From Vermamoeba vermiformis (lineage: Eukaryota): a stretch of 64,000 bases of DNA. The DNA lies in assembly GCA_045837725.1 (NCBI GenBank), contig JBEWZL010000115.1:1-64000 (forward strand). The letters run 5' to 3'. The translations under genes were made by a program, and so were the position numbers. This document shows positions 26,945 to 39,161 of this stretch, piece by piece. The notes under the pieces were generated by a model that worked only from the letters and a program-made list of their open reading frames with translations, was not told the origin of the DNA and did not search any database. The first letter of the stretch is position 1; each line of letters starts with the position of its first letter.

Positions 26945-28689
26945 ATGTCAAAAAAACGAAAGATCAATCAAGAAGATGATCAGCTGGGGAGCAAGCGGAT
27001 CAAGACTTCGAAATCTGAGGCCAGTGCGTGCCCAATCTTCTCTTTACCACCAGAAATTATCAAAGAAGTATTATATTATTTATTGACGCCCGATTGTTCT
27101 CGGTAAGCGCTATTTGACATTTCTTTTTAAGTGGATTAGTATTTATTTTTTTTTGGAAAGTTTTCAAAAAATGCTAAATAATATCAAAATAAAACATGAT
27201 AATAACATGCACCTAATTTCCTATTTTTCAGATTTTCTTTCACATGCAAACGCCTTCGATCAATTATTTGGTCCTCATTGCCCAGGATCGACCTTCCATT
27301 CTTCAGAGAGAAGCATTTGGGAGGATTACTTAAGGGCTGCAAGATGATGACGTCATTAGAAAGTCTTAGTATCAAAATTACACCTAGTCCCGGCAAAACG
27401 ACAGATCCCACCGAATTTTTTGCAACTTGCAACAAAATGACGCGACTAGAATATGATAGCGGAACATTTGATCCATATATAATGATTAGTCATATGACCT
27501 CATTGAGGGCTGTCGTTATTCATTGGAACAAACGACCGCGTCAAGATATTTGGAACTTAGATCTGGCCAAGTTATTTCCAAATCATCCGCACTTGACTTC
27601 ATTTGCTATTACTGAATGTAGCTTGTCTGAATGTAAGTACGATGTATATAATTTAATATTGACTTTCTAATATACATTATTCTGACAAAAATAACGTAAT
27701 CGTAAATTGACGCGCGAAAAAAATTCTTTCAAAAAACATTAATTTTTCACTGAAAATAGAAAATATTTCATATTATAAACAGGTGTAATATCGGAATAAC
27801 TACAAAGCTTTAAGAACAATGAAAATCGTTTTTGTTTACGGGATCTGACGTTGTACTTCAGTGCAAGACTTGAATGTACTGAGCAATCTGAAGTCACTGA
27901 CAATAGAAGACTGCATTAATATGACGAGTGACGAGCACATTCAGCACATCAGCAGCACACTGACAGCGCTCACGGAACTCAATCTGAGATATTTTGAGAG
28001 CAGCGCTGATTTGTCCGTCATAACAAACCTCGCCCAATTAACAGCATTAGACCTCTCTGGCTCATCTTTCGAGGAAAATTTATCGTTCTTACCGCAATTG
28101 ACCAATTTAAAGTCGTTGGATCTGAACAACTACGAAATTTTGACCAAATCCAGCGTGGCAGCAATAGCAAAAATGACGCAGTTGACGAGATTGATTATAG
28201 GAATCGACGAAGATGCATTTCAAAGTGATATTAAGGGCCTCTCAGTATTGACTAACTTGCGCGAGCTTGCCGCGCCCGCCTACATGGATATTTCGCGCTT
28301 TAAATTCTTGGAAAAAGCGACGTTCTTTTACGAACCAAAACTACTCACCCCTGTAGCATGGATGCCTAGTTTGAAAGATTTATCGCTGATAGATATCTCA
28401 CTGCACGAACAAGGAAAGCAGATCCAGTATTGGGTGCACTTGACGAGACTTCAAATCGACCACTTTGAGCCAAAGCAAGTTATTCCGCAGTTGAGCTACC
28501 TTCAAAATCTCCTCGAACTATCCCTTGATGCGTTTTATAATGATTGTCGTAAGTTTATTATTATTATTCCAAATTTAGTAAACGACCTGGATCTAACTTA
28601 ATTTAATTTTATAGAAGAAGCTCTATTTAAAGCATTAAGGCCACTGACGTCATTAAGAACACTTGAAATTCAAAATTTGATCTTGAATC
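26945..28689 (+). CDS. F-box/LRR protein, 5' part (C-terminus displaced by the inversion)
   Basis: Basic NLS-like start, CPIFSLPPEIIKEVLYYL F-box, repeated LTxLxxLxLS LRRs; last exon EALFKALRPLTSLRTLEIQNLILN runs into the inverted block. Confidence 0.82.
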
Positions 28690-29012
28690 AAGCCTCGATA
28701 ATTGTTTCAGGACCACCTTGTACTGCGCTAATTACGACATCAATTCCTTTTACATGCTTGGTAAGAGTATCTTGAGAGTCCTTGCAAATGTCTCCTTTGA
28801 TCAATGTTGCGCCTAAAATCAAGTATTGAAGATCCGAATATCAGAATTTAACATCAGATCTGCAACCTACCTCTCTTTTCTAATTCTGCTATTTTTGATG
28901 GATCTCGCACCATAATTGTGACCCTATCTCCTCGCTTTAGGAGCTCATCCGCGATATGAGAACCGAGCCGACCGGCTCCAACTAGCATTACTGCAAGCTT
29001 GTTTGATGCCAT
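28690..29012 (-). CDS. NmrA/isoflavone-reductase-like oxidoreductase, N-terminal Rossmann half (inverted)
   Basis: MASNKLAVMLVGAGRLGSHIADELLKRG...VRD / GATLIKGD...GIDVVISAVQGGPETIIEA*. Confidence 0.85.
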
Positions 29013-29322
29013 GAGATGTACGTTGTTCGTGTGGGTAATTGTTTCTGAGACTTGAAATGAATGCAATTTCGATTGGTTTTGAGCTTTTCGTACGGAAAAA
29101 CGGCGGTAGGAATTCTCAGAGAACTTATTCCTTTTATGGTCTGTATCGCCGAGTTTACCTTTTTTTGGTAAATAGTCGTTGGAGATTTCAGGATAAATGT
29201 TTGCCCGAAAAAACTAAGTTTACTTGATCGTTGATTTGTAAGCTTACAACAATAAAATATGACACTTTGCTGTAGGGCGTTAATAATACAAGTTAGGACT
29301 TTATTTAGTCAACTAGCATTCA

Positions 29323-29540
29323 TTAGTATTCATCCTCGTCATCGTCGTCAAAATCAAAATCTTCCAACGAATCATCGCCACGATAATCTTTCATAAGCAA
29401 GTTGTGTCTATTTGGTGAGTATTCAACAGCTACACTCGGATGCGTGCCTTCAAATTCGAGATCGGGGCCTGACTTGACTTTGACGAGTTGAAGTTGCGTT
29501 AATTTGTCGAGTCTTGCGGTCAAAAAAGTAAGCCAGATTC
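29323..29540 (-). CDS. C-terminus of the F-box/LRR protein (inverted)
   Basis: RIWLTFLTARLDKLTQLQL...acidic tail EDFDFDDDDEDEY*, followed by AATAAA on the minus strand at about 29302-29307. Confidence 0.75.
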
Positions 29541-29583
29541 GATTGAAGTCTACAAAGTTTGACACTATTTAATATTATTCCAG

Positions 29584-30266
29584 CACTTCTGTCAGCTGCA
29601 AAAATAGCTGGAGTCAAAAGATTCGTTCCGTCTGACAATGCAATGGACATCTTCAAAGTAAAAGATGAGATCTTCGGCAACATGCTTCGACGTCGCTTCT
29701 CTGAAGAAATTTTGTATCCTAGTGGCGTAGGATATACAAATATTTTAAATGGGGCATTTCTGGAGAACGGCACGATTGAGTTTATCCGAATTTTGGATCG
29801 CGCTAACAAAAAAGTAAAAATTTGGTCGAAAATTGACTACTTTTCAATACTGATAACAATTGTAAATAAGGTCAACATATACGGTACCGGCAATGAGAAA
29901 TGGCAATGGACTACTCTTGAAGATACGGCACGCTACACAGTCGAAGCGATCCACGACGAATCTGCTCTAAATCAGGTCGTCAAAGTATGTGGCGATGAGA
30001 TATCCCTAAATGAGTTCGCCAAGGTGCTCTCAGAAGTGACTGGTTCAACTTGGAGCACGAACATTCTTGGAACCGAAGAAGATCTGCGCAACTTGATCGC
30101 TAAGAATTACAAAGAGCAGCCGCAAAATATATACGCTTGGATGCCGCTTCAATACGTGTGGGGCTCAGTCAGCGAAAAGTTTATTCTTCGTCCTCTCTGG
30201 AACAACAAATATCCCAGTGTGCATCCGACGACCGTCCGTGCTTGGGCCGCTTCGCAGAAGTGGTAA
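29584..30266 (+). CDS. NmrA-like oxidoreductase, C-terminal part lacking its own start and GxGxxG motif
   Basis: ALLSAAKIAGVKRFVPSD...YTNILNGAFLE...YGTGNEKWQWTTLEDTARY...NNKYPSVHPTTV; begins after an orphan TTGAC...TTCCAG acceptor. Confidence 0.85.
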
Positions 30267-30434
30267 ATACTCCGTTAACGCAGCGACGAACCGATTATAG
30301 ATGCTTTTTTGGTTGGATCAATGCCGCGCTCAATAAATATTCATAGTCTTTTCGTTAATGATGTACACCGAACAAATGATCACGCATATTACATAAAGGA
30401 CTTCCTAAAGCAAGATTTCATATTTGTTTTTGGT

Positions 30435-32398
30435 TTACAAATCAACCGTGCTGGTGTTCAGTGGTTTATAAAACATTTTCCGCTCTTTGGTATTTTCATC
30501 TATTTCCACCCAGTATCGCAACAGGTCGTAGGTTCTGCTCGTTGGATCTGCCGCTTTCTCAAACGGAAAGAGCGGATCTGGAAAGTATTGCTGGCCGAGC
30601 TCTTTTGCAGCACTGATAAATGTATCTGCTTGCAATGCATCGCTTGTCTCCATAGCCTGAGCCTTGGCAAATACTTTGACGACAAAATCTTCTGCCGCCG
30701 CTTTGATCAATCTGATGGCCCTGGCAGGGATGTAGTCGTTGCAGTCGTGCAGCCACAAAAAGGCGTCGTTGCATTCAGCCAGCCACAACTTAAGTTCGCC
30801 TTCAAAAGGACTCTGTTCGTTGGGATACGCGAATTTTTTGCGAATTTCCTTTGCGTTGACAATGTAATCCGTGAATGTGAAGAATAAAGGCACTCTGATG
30901 TCTTTGTCTATCATGTCACACAACTGCTGCAAATATTCCACGATGGGCAGTGCAAGGGTTTGTGGATAAATCTCCGGGTCAACGGGCATGAGGGCGCCCA
31001 GCACAGGCTCGTAGATCATAACCGTCTCCTCCTCGCGGACAATATACTCGCCCATATGAAGGACTTTGAAGAGTGCTGTCTTGGCATCAGTTGACAAAGT
31101 TTGACCGGAGTCTGAGTCCTCTTGCTCGCTCAGAGAATAACTGGAGCCATCGCTGTCGAGTTCTTGCGGCAAATATGGCACCACTACGCTGGCTGGTTTC
31201 TTGAACAACGATGGTGCAAGTTGTGTCAAGTCACTAAGGGCGGTACTTTCTTCGCCAACAAAATTGCTCCATGTGACTGACCGGACTCTCACCGTGTCTA
31301 ATTTTGGTAAACAGACTGGCGGAGCTCTCGCGCACTCGTGGTCCCACACTTCACCCATCTCGTCTATTGTAGGCAGGAACTTGAATCGTGCACCATTCAT
31401 GGCCTGTCAAAACGGTTAATTTGGACGTTACGGTCACTAAGAATAATGTACACCACTTACTTTATATAGTTCTCGGAAGTCATTGGTCAATTTGAATTCG
31501 TGGAGCTCTTCCCAAGCGTCGAGTTCATCGTCAGTCAGGCCAGGATTGAACATTCTGGCGCGCTTCACTTTTCCACCAGGTTTTCTGCGCTTCGAGTAGG
31601 GTTTGATAGCTTCGGTCAACTTCTTCGATATTTCTTCGACGAGGTGCTTGATTCTTGTGGCGTTAAGGAAATTTCTCTTGCATTCACTGAACCAATCGAC
31701 TTTCTTCTCGTTTATCACAATCTCGCTGTATGTCGGATCGTGTCTCTCGTTGAAATTTCGAATTTCATGAGGCAGTCGCCAGCGTTGGCCATAAAACGCA
31801 CTTTGCCACAATTTGGGCGAGGTTGACAAGAGCATGTCAAAGTATTTAGACACCTGTCGCCAACGCACTAGATCTTGCAAGTCACTATTGAGCAATATAG
31901 GCCAGAAAAAATCATTGGGGAGTGTTGTCGACGTTGCAGTAGAGTAAACAGGTCTGCATCTGCGATCTGAGTCCGTTGGATCTACAATAATTGTGTATTC
32001 GTTCGTCCACGATGCATAATAAAAGTTTCTATTCCAAGGATCTTCTCGCAGCAGTCCTACTTCTTGAGGTTTCAAAACTTGGGAGATCTGCTCCGCATCC
32101 GAGAGTTCTGACGACAGCTCTTCTGATGATGAGTAGTCCGATTCTCTCCTCACTTCCCAATGCCGTGTATGGGAAACCTTTTGCTTCTAGTGGGATAGCG
32201 TGAATTATTAATATATGTCACTGGCCCGCCAATTGTTTTTAAATTTATATAAGCTGAGTTACTATCGTATCTTAATATTTTTAGTAATATAATACTTCTC
32301 CTGGCGTCGCTTAACTAACTGACGCTTTGGAATGTATCTGATTTTTTTCTTACCTTTTGGATTTGACTTTCTAACCTCTCTGATGCTCTTCTTTTCAT
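30435..32398 (-). CDS. F-box + SMI1/KNR4 protein (FBXO3-like N-terminal architecture) with possible C-terminal histone-fold-like helix
   Basis: LPNDFFWPILL...LVRWRQVSKYF F-box; FNPGLTDDELDAWEELHEFKLTNDFRELYKAMNG (SMI1/KNR4); RAIRLIKAAAEDFVVKVFAKA. Confidence 0.75.
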
Positions 32399-32586
32399 TA
32401 CGGTATATCAGATTGCGCGCAAGATTGCGTGCACCAGTTAGGTAACGATTGTTGTGTTGGTTAGTTAATGGGACGGGTCACGAATAGCCAGGTATGGGAC
32501 AGGCTATTTTGTTCACGATTTTTTTGAAAGCTCAAATAAGACAAGAGCCGCTCAAATAAATTAATCCAAGAAGCGCTTATCTTTAA

Positions 32587-33660
32587 TTACTTGAACTCAT
32601 CAAAGTGCTTTTTGAAGTAAGTCCACGAAGACTCGTTAGGCGAAGTGAACTCTGTTGGCGCATGACGGAACACGGGTCGTTTTTCAATCTCGTCTTTGAG
32701 CACTTGCGGCAGTGCGTCGAATGAGCTTTTCTTGCCTCCTTGCCCACTGTAGACGAGATAGCCTGGTCTCGCGCCCATCTTCATCCCTGTCAACGCAATG
32801 ACACGTGTCAAATGAATTCATCTTGCTATGATTATGGACTTACAAGGCAGCCATTGACACTCTCTGTTCCAGGCGATAACTGCCTCGAGTGAGCTCTTGA
32901 CATCTTTCTTGGCCAATTCATCGTTGCTGATGATGAACTTGAAGTGCTCGTTAGCCTAGATCTCCAACGATTAGTTACGCGATGAAATCACTTATTACGT
33001 ATTATTCACCTGATACATAGCATCGGGGCTGTAGTCTTTGAATTGAGGGTCGTTGGCGAGAGGATTGGGATAAAATAGAGGAATGTCCATTGTCACGATC
33101 GTACAGCCCTCAGTTGTAATTACTGGGACTTGAGGAGGCAGCGGAATATTAACTGGATCATTGCAATATGAGCCACTTTCACCTAATGTAATAGATTAAG
33201 GTAAGAAAGACGAAACGGATCCGGCTTTTAAATACAAGTCCGCTGAAATATCAAGATGTTCGAAGCAAAAATAGCAATAATATTACCTGTTCGTTAGTCC
33301 AAGGATTTGTCCACAGATCTACACGCTGTCCAGTTTGAGGATCTAAGTAGATCAAAATCTCTCGTCCAAGCACAGTAATTTTGTTTTCTTCGGCCTTATG
33401 TAAGATACGCGAGACGTTGACCATCTCCCATTTAAATAAGACTTTCTGTCTTTCACCAGGTACCAAACTAAACAAAAAAATTAATAATTAAAAATCTGCA
33501 TGATTATAAAGCTCAATTGGATAATCTATAACTTAAATTAAATATAGAAACAATATTAAAACAGTTCTTACCTTAAAACTACACCAGATGCGTGTTGATA
33601 AGTTTCTTCCTTCGGATCTGACGAGGTGCGCAGTTTAGCAAGAGTCAAAGCGTCCATCAT
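32587..33660 (-). CDS. DUF1838-like protein
   Basis: SLVPGERQKVLF, REILIYLDPQTG...WTNPWT, VAHIANDPVN, PLFYPNPL, WLPWMKMG.RPG.L, NESSWTYFKK; 5 exons. Confidence 0.8.
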
Positions 33661-33723
33661 TGTTAAATATGTTGTATACTTGTATTGGATTTTAATATTA
33701 AGTACGCGTTGCAATTTTCAGCT

Positions 33724-35141
33724 TTAGATTGACAACTCTGCCACGTGATATTTCCAAATATGGACAATAGTATCTTTATTCATCGCAGCGTTATTTGCGA
33801 AAGAATTGAATGTTGTGCCCAATTTCATCGTTTTTGTACCAACTAGCTTCAAATTCTTGTCGCACATCGTCTTGCAACAGCGCCATTTTCCAACCAATTC
33901 TTTTGAACTCGTTGAGCCATCTCTCGTCATTGCCATCGTCTGGTAGCTCCAATAAGGTATTAAATGCCCTGTTGATATCTTTCGAAGAATTTCCAAATGA
34001 TTTTACGGCATACGCTTCAAAACTGCCGCAGATCTCGATCAGGTTCGTCTGGCTGTTATACTACACGATTGGATTAGCTTATTGCACCTATAAATATCAT
34101 ATAATTGTTGCTTACCTTCACAAATATTAACGAGTCGTTGATTTCAAGTGCACTCAACAAGCGCGAGTACATGAATGTCACGGACCTGTGCGCGTCAATA
34201 AAGGCTTTCCACACACTGCATCGAATGTTATCGCCCAAGTCCGTTGACGTGTTGTCTGTACTCAGCACGAGCATTGGACGTATTAGTTTTGACGGCGCGT
34301 AAAAGCCAGGGTAAGATACCAGATCCATGCAGATCCAGCTACTGCTAAGTAGTGATTTGACATTCCTTTGCACCACTTCATGATGAACACTATCTAAATA
34401 CAAACAGTATTATATGCTGCCTCCTTATTAAATAACTCGTACATCTTTTTTCTAGCTCGGTTTGTGAGCACGTGATGCAGTCAATAATTTCACTCAGTCG
34501 CGGCGATATAGCTTGTGATTTTTGCACCATTTTCAACAACAATGTGCACGCTTCGTCGGTTAGTATAGTATTTGTGTAAAACTCCTCGCAGTAGTAGTCA
34601 GGATCCGGCTGTGAGTCACCGATATCGAGATCCAGATACCCGCTATAATTGAAGTGTTACAACCCAAGACACAGCTGTTATTAATAATGCCATAGACTTA
34701 CTAGTCATAATTAGTCAGGGTACTAATCTCAGCTGTGTATTTTTCCATTTTTGAACGAAGGCGTTTGATCCGCAGCTTGTGCAGTATAAATAGCAAATCT
34801 GGCGTGGGAATACGATCATCCTTACATATAGTAGGTGACATTCCTAATCTAACCCACATCGCGCGTGAATGAACTATTTCGTGGTGTCTAAAATTCAAAT
34901 TAGCATTAGAAGAATATTAATAAATCAGAAAATGCAGCGTGTACCTTCTGGATAGCATAGACAATGTGTAGATGGTCTTACTGTAATTAAATAAATAAGA
35001 GATAATTATTTCGACCAGTTCAGGCAGATCAAAAATGCACAAAGAGGCATTTGTTGACGCTGGATCGAGTTTTCTTCGCTTATTGATTTCGTGTTCTTCA
35101 TTTTTCTCCCCGCTAATCGTATCGTGCCTTCGTTTGTGCAT
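33724..35141 (-). CDS. F-box-like protein with helical C-terminal region
   Basis: NLS-like KRRK, then CIFDLPELVEIIISYL...LSMLSR; multi-exon. Confidence 0.6.
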
Positions 35142-35220
35142 GTTCGTTGCCTCAAGTTACATTTATGTCCAAATTTCCCATAAAAAATGAGACAGTTTTA
35201 CATGAAATACAGCACTGCGT

Positions 35221-36244
35221 TCACATGAATGCGAGCACGCACAAAGATAAGAATACAACGCCACTGACTAAGTGAGTCGCATCACTGCTCAAAGATGAAC
35301 CAGGAGTGTTGCCGGTGGTTTTTGAAGGTGAAGTACTGGTAGCGGGAGAGGTCGATGGGTTCGTAGTCTGTGGCACATTAGACGCGGGGCAGTTCGCTTG
35401 AGGGAATGGTCGATCGCAGAACGGATTGCAATTCCAATTGCCAGGCAGACTGGTTTGACACGCGTTAGCTTAGTGGCACAAATCCAATGTTAGACTTACT
35501 AATAGTTGCAAACTACCGTGTACATGCCGTTGCAGAGCTTGATGCCTAAATAACATGTTTTCAGTACTGTTATCGTAATCTTGATTGTCGTACCGCATCC
35601 GATCTGCGTGCTCGAAGACCAAACTATTTGAGTGTAATGGCCGCAATAATACCAAGAACACTTGCCATCCTGACAGCACTTGTTGGCGGCACAGTCCCAA
35701 TATTGTTTCTCTGTTATTAATCAGCGTTTAGATTCCATCACTCAGACGAAAGATTTGACACGCACCACCGGCCCACATAGTGACAGAATCAGTCAGATCA
35801 TCGGAATAGCCCCAAGCCATGTTCTCACCCAAATCAGCTGCGCCACTGTGGCCAGAAGGACAGCCATTGACGTAATTTTGTGCAATCTCTAGGGATGGAT
35901 CGAGCGTGAGTATGTATTTTATCGGTTAAATTATTGCCAATTTAGCAATCGTGATAGACTTACGCTCAATAGAGGTATTATATGTGACTGGTCCGAGACC
36001 AACCAACGCTCTTTCAGAGTTGTGGGCATTAACGACTTGCTGAATTTGCGTCGATCTGCATTATTATTAACATCAAGCATGCCACGAAATAATATTATGA
36101 CATTATTATAACATTATGTATAGGTATTAGAGAATATTCAACTGCATTGAAGTTATTCTCGCGCAATTAATAATTGACTTACGTTAAAGCGTTTGCAACT
36201 GCAACGAGTACAAGAACCAAAGCCACTTTAATAGTTGGATTCAT
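35221..36244 (-). CDS. CAP/SCP (PR-1-like) secreted protein, probably GPI-anchored
   Basis: Signal peptide; VNAHNSERALVG; GENMAW; CGHYTQIVWSSSTQIGCG; Ser/Thr stalk and hydrophobic C-terminus (SDATHLVSGVVFLSLCVLAFM*). Confidence 0.88.
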
Positions 36245-36766
36245 AGTTGTGGTTGTTGGATCAAAAGTTGTGCGTGATTTAACAAAAGATACTGCGCGAC
36301 ATTGTGTTTGACGTGCGTCACGCGTCGTTTTGCAGCGTAAAAGTTATTCTCCGCAGAAAAAACGCGAAGGATAATAAAAATTAGTTGACGTGGAGTCTGG
36401 ACAAGATTTGCCGGCTCCAGTTCGCTTCATTGTACTGCGTTTGAATATTTAATAACGCTGCATCTCGTTAAAAATTCTTCTTTATCTCCTATTAAAGGGA
36501 CTTATGCACAAGATGTCGCCCGCACCAAAGAGATATTGCCAATTTTTAATTGAACAATATTTTATCGTAAAAAATATTACTTTCATAATAATTTTAGTTC
36601 GTGATTACCCGTAGTACGAAAATTGTTAGGCAAAGACATACTGACCGCATCCAAAAGTACGGTTGTATACGCGGTCCGTTAGTGGTGCTTGCTCAGTGGT
36701 GTTTGTATCGAAATAATTTTTCTTTTAACTTTTTGTAACACGCAAACGTCCACGTCTCTCGCAGCC

Positions 36767-37927
36767 ATGTCTTTGCCAAAACAGGTCTTGTTTGTATGTC
36801 TATTAATCTCAATACAAGCTGTGCTGTCCGTGGAGGTATTCAAAATTAATCGATGTTCAACACCTCCTCAGCCTGACGCCTCGTGGAGCGGTAAGCAATT
36901 GATCGTACATTGAGCGTAATAATACTCAGTTAATAATATGGTCTGCTCGACGAATTTAATTTTACACGAGGAAGACACTTAATAATAATTTTATTTGATT
37001 ATTATCAATGTATGAGATTAATCTACGGATCTACAAATCATGATTATAGTACCCTATCGATAGTATTTAATTATCTAGCTAATGTGAATAACAGAAATTG
37101 CTAATGTTACGAATTTCATGCTTGACGATGGATCTGCACCTGCAGTGCAACAAACCATGACATGGATGTGCTATAATGACGACAATGTATATATTAAATT
37201 TTTGTGCAAGGACAGTAAGTGGAACTAGAATGACAAGCATTAAGCGAATGGAGATCTCAAAACTGGTATTAATCTGGCTTATCAATCGTTACAGATAACA
37301 TATTCTCGAAATATAAGAACTGTAACGACCCTCTCTACACGGAAGATGTCGTTGAAGTGTTTTTGACTGCGCCAGGAACAGATCACGACAGCGTGGATCT
37401 GCATCATTATCTCGAAATTGAGTTATCGCCCAACTCCGTATTGTTTGCAGCAAAGGTATGTACCCGAGACCTCCTATGTATCTACGGCATACTAATCGCC
37501 CTGTTCGTCTTTGTAGATCACCAACACGAACTACTTATGCACGGGTATCACCGACCAAAAAATTCCGTGCGATCAATCGGGCATTGAGTGGCAAGCTGAA
37601 CGAATGGACGCGCAGAACCAGTGGTGGGGCTACTTGCAAATTCCTTGGAAACTCATTGATGGTACGGCTGAAAAATATTTGACACGTGTCACAACACAAG
37701 ATACTCGCCTTGAGCTGCCGTCTAATCCTTTATATTCAATAGACAAATCAGTCGATGAACAAGGCAAATTGAATGTTGATTTGGCACATTTTACTTGGCG
37801 CGGTAACTTCTATCGCATTGACGTGCCGAAGAACAGCGACAAAGAGTACAGCTGCTGGTCCCCAACCATGGCGAGTCCTGCTTGCTTTCACAAACCTCTT
37901 TATTTTGGCGCTATTGTGCTCCAATAA
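36767..37927 (+). CDS. Secreted CBM9-like (DOMON-like) carbohydrate-binding protein
   Basis: Signal peptide; NDPLYTEDVVEVF; YLEIELSP; LQIPW; WRGNFYRID; WSPT...FHKP..FG. Confidence 0.8.
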
Positions 37928-38067
37928 ACTTAAGGCGTCACCATCGGGCCCATTTTTTGACAGATCTGTCACAGGCACGTGTCAAACTGGTTTTTGTTTG
38001 TAGGACAATCAGCAGCCAAAAGAACAGCACAACTAATACGATAGATAAATTTCCAAGCTTTTTCACA

Positions 38068-39052
38068 ATGGCTACGACAACTGCAAAATTTTTCGCCCTG
38101 CTTCCTGGATTGGAGCTGGTTGATATTCCAAACAAAGGAAAAGGTATCAATTAATTGTCATCTATATTAAAAAATTATTCGACGCTCTAGCACGAACTCT
38201 GAGCAATAACCATTAGTTTCCTGAATAATAAATAATTTTTTAAAAATAGGTTACACTGTCAATAAACCTATTGAAGTCGGAGAAGTGCTTATCGAAGAGG
38301 ACCCAATTATTAAGTCAAAATCCAACAAGATCATTGATATAGCCGAAGAGCTTATTTTTGACAATCCCGAAGCATTCAAAGAGATCTACTGCCCCAAAGA
38401 ATATCCAATTGTGCCTACTGGCTTCGAAGAGATTAGTGACCAAGACTATTCGCGTGCATGCGCTCAAATTCAAGCAAATATCTTCTCAAACAACGAATAC
38501 TTCTTGCTGAACTACAGAACAAGTTTTATTAATCATAGCTGCCGACCAAACGCTTGTTTTTATTTGGACCAAGCTATGCGCGTCAAGATCTATGCCATAG
38601 AGAAGATTGAGCCCGGTCAAGAGATCACTCTCTGCTACAAACAACAGATCCTGGTACAACCGCTCGAGATGAGACAACAGTGGCTTAAAACGAATTGGTT
38701 CTTCGATTGTACTTGCGTCAAATGTACCGAAGAGCAGCAGAACCCTAAGATCGCTAAAAAGATCGCTGAAGGATGGAAAGATTATGAATTGAGAAAAGAG
38801 GATCTGACCTCGTTACTTGCCGAAGACGAATTGTTTGAAGCAGCCAAGGTAGTGATGGACATTATGGACTACGAACATAACGTATGTCCTCTCTATCATA
38901 ACTTCAAGCTGGTGAACTATCAGCTGTTGATGGGCCTGCTCAAACAATTGAAAAAAGACGACAAACAAGCTGAAGCCAAGATCGTCGAGAATAAGATGAA
39001 AATGCTCGAATTGGATGTCTATGATAGAATAATAAAGATATTCAATAATTAG
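38068..39052 (+). CDS. SET-domain protein (SMYD-like)
   Basis: IPNKGKG; FINHSCRPNA; IEPGQEITLCY; WFFDCTCVKC post-SET. Confidence 0.9.
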
Positions 39053-39161
39053 TTCTTCCTACAATCGTCTTCAGATCGCGATCTACTTTCTGATAAAATT
39101 CGCAAAATGCTCGTCAGGTAGAAAAGCCAACCTGCACACAGCTTTTTTTCATCATTTAACG

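Larger units (their letters stand above)
28690..29540. other. Inverted segment carrying the LRR gene 3' end and the NmrA gene 5' end
   Basis: Both gene halves lie on the strand opposite their partners. AATC/GATT microhomology sits within a degenerate inverted repeat at the two ends. Confidence 0.85.

Noticed and set aside
28688-28690. TGA after IIEA in the NmrA N-half as a selenocysteine codon
   Set aside because: It coincides with the inversion breakpoint and is better explained by the rearrangement.
30309-30887. 192-aa plus-strand ORF
   Set aside because: Antisense to the F-box/SMI1 gene; no domain features.
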